Shown one piece after another: positions 59,791 through 64,000 of a stretch of DNA of 64,000 nt (its first letter is position 1; each line of letters starts with the position of its first letter). The translations under genes and the position numbers were made by a program. Origin of the DNA: an uncultured Candidatus Berkelbacteria bacterium (lineage in GTDB: Bacteria > Patescibacteriota > UBA1384 > UBA12157 > JAENIV01); assembly GCA_963698075.1 (NCBI GenBank), contig OY969116.1, forward strand, positions 83,881 through 147,880, given 5' to 3'. The notes beneath the pieces were generated by a model that saw only the letters and a list, made by a program, of their open reading frames with translations, ran no database searches and was not told the origin of the DNA.

Positions 59791-59920
59791 CTCCTTTTAA
59801 TAGTATCGGTTCTAAAGAATCTATTTTAAAAGTTGAAGCCCAAATTAAATTACCTAAACTTTCTAATAACTCCACGCATTTACCCCGTTTGATACGAAGT
59901 TATCTAACGGGGCCCTCCAT

Positions 59921-60517
59921 TTATCTAAATTTTCTTATCACTCCCCTAACTCGTCCCTGTATCATCACTTTTTTAACTCGTATCGGACCGTATTTTGGGT
60001 TGGACGGTTGCAAGCGGACATGGTCTTTTTCTTTGTAAAATCTTTTCAAAGTGGCATTTTCGTTATCGAGTAAAGCCACCACAATATCGCCGTTATTGGG
60101 GGTGGCAGTTTGCTCAATAATAATATAGTCGCCGTCAAAAATCCCCTCTTCAATCATCGAATCGCCGCGCACTTTTAGGGCAAAAACGTTTTTGCCCATC
60201 ATATCTTTGGGAATATCAATCGTTTCGTTGGTTCTTATCGCTTCAATCGGCGAACCAGCGGCAATGAGGCCCATTAAAGGAATTTCGAAAGTTCGCTCGT
60301 CCCAACGAGGGGTCAATTGTAGCGATCGGGCCTCGTTAAAATCTTTAGTGAGAAAACCTTTCGCTTTCAAATTTTCCAAATGCACCGCTACGGTGGCAAC
60401 TGACCCCAAGTGGAATTTTTCCGCAATCTCGCGAAAAGAAGGGGCATAATCGCGAGTTTCGATAAAATCAGAGATAAAATCTAAGATTTCTTTTTGTCGT
60501 TTGGTTAAATGTTCCAT
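59921..60517 (-). CDS. lexA: SOS repressor LexA
   Basis: LTKRQ..PSFREI, AAG cleavage site, GDSM, TLKRF. Confidence 0.97.
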   Translation of the reverse strand: MEHLTKRQKEILDFISDFIETRDYAPSFREIAEKFHLGSVATVAVHLENLKAKGFLTKDFNEARSLQLTPRWDERTFEIPLMGLIAAGSPIEAIRTNETIDIPKDMMGKNVFALKVRGDSMIEEGIFDGDYIIIEQTATPNNGDIVVALLDNENATLKRFYKEKDHVRLQPSNPKYGPIRVKKVMIQGRVRGVIRKFR

Positions 60518-60531
60518 GTTTCTCTCCTAGA

Positions 60532-60670
60532 TATCGCCTCGGGTCATGGCGCTCGCTTTCAGCCACCCTAGCCAACCTATTCGTCTACTTCCGATTCGCC
60601 TCGCGCCTGGCTGCGGCGAAATCGGAGCGTAGACTCAACCGGCATTTCGCTCGGCCACTCCCCTTGGCTC
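60532..60670 (+). repeat. Family B repeat in the lexA 5' region
   Basis: Colinear with the reverse complement of 62283-62421. Confidence 0.75.
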
Positions 60671-60681
60671 AGATAATAATA

Positions 60682-60734
60682 GTTCTTATTTTGTTCGCTA
60701 ATTTAATCATACGAACAAAAAGCGAACTTGTCAA
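60682..60734 (-). promoter_or_regulatory. lexA promoter with two GTTC-N7-GTTC candidate SOS boxes
   Basis: TTGACA-N17-TATGAT on the minus strand; boxes at 60682-60696 and 60713-60727. Confidence 0.7.
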
Positions 60735-60767
60735 GTACTAAGTTGTGGATAACTTTTAGACCGGGAA

Positions 60768-62081
60768 CTATTTACTAAATCTTTTTTTGAGAACCTCGAT
60801 GAGACGTTTCTGGGAAATCGTCTCTTGGGAGCCGGAATCCATATCTTTAAAAATGACACTTTTATCAATGGCTTCCCGCTGACCGATTATCAAGCAGACT
60901 TGGGCGCCAAGTTTACTGGCCGATCTGAGTTGGCCCTTAAAAGAATCTTTGCCAATTATCGTTGAGGCCCGGAACCCTTCATTATCGAGCATGACGGCAA
61001 TAGCTAAGGCCTGTTTGCGGGCCCTCTCGCCTAATTGGACCAGACAAATATCGGTTAATTTTTCTTCTTTGATATTGATATTGCTTTGTTTAATTGCCTC
61101 AATAATGCGCTCCACACCAGCGGCCCAACCAATTGCCGGGGTGGCCGGACCTCCCAGCAGTTTGATTAAATCATCATAGCGTCCGCCGCCAATTAAAGTG
61201 CGCTGGCGGGTTTTATCGTTCGCTTCATAAATTTCAAAAACGGTGCGAGTGTAATAATCTAAGCCTCTGACCAAACGAGAATTGAGGTTGTAGGGAATAT
61301 CCAAGAAATCAAGGCCCTCGAGGACTTCTTTAAAATGACTTTTGCAAAGCTCGCATAAAAGATCAACCAGTTGCGGAGCGCCAGCGATGATTTTTTGGCA
61401 TTTTTCTTCTTTGCAGTCCAAAATCCTTAAAGGATTCTCAATAAATCGGCGATTACAATCCGGACAAAGAGCCGGCAAGAAATTTTGGAAATATTCGATC
61501 AATTTTTTCTTCATTTTCGGCCGGCAATTACTGCAGCCGATGCTGTTGATATCAACAACGAGGGTGGTTTTAAGGCCGGTTTTTTTCAAAATCTGCCAGG
61601 CAAGATAAATGGTGTTGATGTCGGCCAGCGCGCTATCATCGCCAATAATTTCTGCGCCAAATTGATTATGAATGCGAAAGCGTCCCGCTTGCGGTCGTTC
61701 ATAGCGGAAAGCCGGTCCCCAATACCAAAGTTTCACCGGCTGGGGCCAACTTATCATCCCATTTTCTAAATAAGCCCGGACAACGCCAGCAGTATATTCG
61801 GGTCTTAAAACCATCATCCGCGTATCATCGGCATCGAGCGGCTCATTGGCAATACTTGAGGCCTGGCGGACTTCAAACATTTCTTTATCAACAATATCAG
61901 TTCCTTTACCAATGGCGCGAGTATATATCTCGACATATTCAAAAATCGGTGTCTCGATCCTTTTAGCGCCGAAAACGCCAAAATTTTGGCGGACCAAATC
62001 AAAAAGATAGAACCAATATTTTTGGTCATCGGGTAAGATATCTTTGGTGCCACGAGGGGCTTGAAGATTTGCTTTAGCCAT
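60768..62081 (-). CDS. hisS: Histidine-tRNA ligase
   Basis: PRGTKD, LRPEYTA, FRYERPQAGR, RGLDYY, GGGRYD. Confidence 0.97.
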   Translation of the reverse strand: MAKANLQAPRGTKDILPDDQKYWFYLFDLVRQNFGVFGAKRIETPIFEYVEIYTRAIGKGTDIVDKEMFEVRQASSIANEPLDADDTRMMVLRPEYTAGVVRAYLENGMISWPQPVKLWYWGPAFRYERPQAGRFRIHNQFGAEIIGDDSALADINTIYLAWQILKKTGLKTTLVVDINSIGCSNCRPKMKKKLIEYFQNFLPALCPDCNRRFIENPLRILDCKEEKCQKIIAGAPQLVDLLCELCKSHFKEVLEGLDFLDIPYNLNSRLVRGLDYYTRTVFEIYEANDKTRQRTLIGGGRYDDLIKLLGGPATPAIGWAAGVERIIEAIKQSNINIKEEKLTDICLVQLGERARKQALAIAVMLDNEGFRASTIIGKDSFKGQLRSASKLGAQVCLIIGQREAIDKSVIFKDMDSGSQETISQKRLIEVLKKRFSK

Positions 62082-62127
62082 TTCTATCTAATGATAAGGG
62101 ATTTTTAAGAAGAGGTCAAGAGGGGTC

Positions 62128-62273
62128 GCTCGCCAGTATCCGTCAAAAGATGCCGGCACTACGATTGCTCCAGCGCGCAATCGGTGCCTGCGATCTCGGC
62201 CAAAAATCCTCGGACTACCTCGGAGCCATGCTTTTTGGCCTGCGATAGCCACTTTTGAGGATACACGGCTCGC
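62128..62273 (+). repeat. Family A repeat copy 3
   Basis: Near-identical to the other two copies. Confidence 0.9.
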
Positions 62274-62282
62274 TTTATACAA

Positions 62283-62421
62283 GAGCCGAGGGGAGCCCCT
62301 GAACGAATGGCGGTCTCGACTGCGTTCATTATCGATGAGCCAGGCGCGAATTGATAAGGAAGCAGTCGAGTAGGTCGGTTAGGGAGCCTGAATGTGAACG
62401 GGGCGACCCGAGGCGAAATAT
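62283..62421 (-). repeat. Family B repeat, adjacent to family A copy 3
   Basis: Homologous to 60532-60670. Confidence 0.75.
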
Positions 62422-62424
62422 TAA

Positions 62425-63927
62425 TTATATCGTCCTTACTCTCAACGCCCGGCGGATGTGGGAGCGGGCTAAAGAAGTTTTGGCAATTCCAAGCCAATCA
62501 CGTTTGGGGCCAGAGGGCCTTTTTGATTTCAGAATTTCGATAATATCGCCGTTTCGTAAGGGAGTAGAAAGACTTGTCATCTTGCCATTAATTTTTGCGC
62601 CGACACAAGAATTGCCGAGCTCCGAATGAATCGTATAGGCAAAGTCAATCGGCGTTGCCCCCGCCGGCAGATCTTTGACGTCACCTCTAGGAGTGTAGAC
62701 AAAAATCCGATCCGAGAAAAAATCCACTTGAATATCATTTTGGAATTGACGATTATCTCGGGAGAGTGCTTGCCAACGGGCTAACTCTTTAACCCAGCGG
62801 ATATCTTCATGGGGAGCGCGTTTGATTTTCTTTAAAATATAATCCAAAGTGCCTTTGGTTTCGGCGTAATGCCAACCGGCGGCAATGCCGTTTTCTGCTT
62901 GCTGGTGCATTGCTCGGGTGCGAATTTGAAATTCCACGATCCGGCCATCCAGACAAAAAACCGTCGTGTGGAGCGATTGGTAACCGTTGGGCTTGGGCAT
63001 GGCAATATAGTCTTTAATTCGGCCAACTAAGGGTTTCCATTGCTCATGAATTATCCCCAAAACTTTATAACAATCGGCGACAGACGAAACTACCACTCGC
63101 AAAGCCACCAAATCGTAGATACGGGTCAAATCATTGTCATAACGCTGGAGCTTACGCCACAAAGAATAAAGATGCTTGGCCCGACCATTGATTTCTGCCT
63201 TTATCCCTTCATTAGCGAGCCGGCGAATTAAATATTTTTTGACCTTTTCTAAATAGCGCGTCCGTTCTTCGAAAGCGTCTTTGATTTGTTTTTTGAGCCA
63301 TTGGTACTCGTCCGGATAAATGTAGGGAAAAGCCAAATCCTCAAGTTGGCCTTTGAGCTCACCCATGCCCAAACGATAAGCCAAGGGAGCATAAATTTCG
63401 AGAGTCTCTTTAGCAATTCTTAATCGTTTTTCCCCTTCAACACCTTCCAGCGTTTTCATGTTGTGAAGTCGATCAGCCAGTTTAATGATGACCACGCGAA
63501 TATCACGGGCCATGGCGACAAACATCTTCCGCAAAGTTTCGACTTGGCGATCAAAACTCTCGATCTCTTCTTTATTTTTGAAAATAAACCAGCGACGAGT
63601 AATCCGGATCCTGCCTAATTTGGTGACGCCGTCAACCAAATTAGCCACGGTTTTGCCAAATTCTTTTTGGACTGTGGCGAGCGGGATACTAGCATCTTCA
63701 ATGCAATCATGTAAAACCGCGGCGATGATGGTCGCTTCATCAAGTTTCAAATCGGCAATGTAAATAGCAGTTTCTAAACAATGTTTAAGATAAGGCTCGC
63801 CCGTATGACGCTTCTGCGTCAAATGTGCATGCCGAGCAAATTCGCAAGCGCGCAGAATTTCCTTTTGCTCATTGGGGTTGAGATATTTAATTTTAGATTT
63901 TAAAGCGGTTAAAGATAGCTGTGGCAT
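62425..63927 (-). CDS. relA: RelA/SpoT homolog (HD, synthetase and TGS domains; no ACT)
   Basis: LHDCIED, KLADRLHNM, PKPNGYQSLHT, EFQIRT, ATPIDFAY. Confidence 0.93.
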   Translation of the reverse strand: MPQLSLTALKSKIKYLNPNEQKEILRACEFARHAHLTQKRHTGEPYLKHCLETAIYIADLKLDEATIIAAVLHDCIEDASIPLATVQKEFGKTVANLVDGVTKLGRIRITRRWFIFKNKEEIESFDRQVETLRKMFVAMARDIRVVIIKLADRLHNMKTLEGVEGEKRLRIAKETLEIYAPLAYRLGMGELKGQLEDLAFPYIYPDEYQWLKKQIKDAFEERTRYLEKVKKYLIRRLANEGIKAEINGRAKHLYSLWRKLQRYDNDLTRIYDLVALRVVVSSVADCYKVLGIIHEQWKPLVGRIKDYIAMPKPNGYQSLHTTVFCLDGRIVEFQIRTRAMHQQAENGIAAGWHYAETKGTLDYILKKIKRAPHEDIRWVKELARWQALSRDNRQFQNDIQVDFFSDRIFVYTPRGDVKDLPAGATPIDFAYTIHSELGNSCVGAKINGKMTSLSTPLRNGDIIEILKSKRPSGPKRDWLGIAKTSLARSHIRRALRVRTI

Positions 63928-64000
63928 ATTATTGAATCCTCAAACTTTCAAAATCCCTGCCCCAATAATGGCCAAGATTAAAAATAGACCTCTTTTCATT

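Noticed and set aside
59675-59875. Short ORFs ending AGTDCALEQS here and at 62159-62497
   Set aside because: Shared peptide is only the translation of the family A repeat.

Overview
Chromosomal window from a small-genome bacterium of the Patescibacteria/CPR type. This assignment is inferred from the isolated rplJ-rplL pair, tandem VirB4/TraG-like ATPases, a short RelA lacking the ACT domain, and many Pro/Thr-rich surface proteins. The backbone is housekeeping: rplJ/L, tgt, secDF, manC, gmk, sbcCD, guaA, nrdJ, ftsAZ, rpsU, rarA, lexA, hisS, relA. It also carries a cobalamin-scavenging locus with a B12 riboswitch next to a class II ribonucleotide reductase. Five unusual layers sit on top of this. 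(1) A REP-associated tyrosine transposase fragment and at least six families of palindromic or structured dispersed repeats, some inserted in frame in proteins and inside cis-regulatory RNAs. (2) Three apparently non-coding transcription units with perfect TTGACA-N17-TATAAT promoters and terminator hairpins, two of them ~400-450 nt, GC-rich and heavily base-paired. (3) A GC-rich operon of small unrelated ORFs framed by recurring, partly covarying RNA hairpin motifs, resembling a cassette array. (4) A shared terminator-like leader on two related peptidoglycan hydrolases. (5) Many single-gene, often GC-richer, 'plug-in' units. All calls are from reading the sequence by eye; no searches or folding programs were run.
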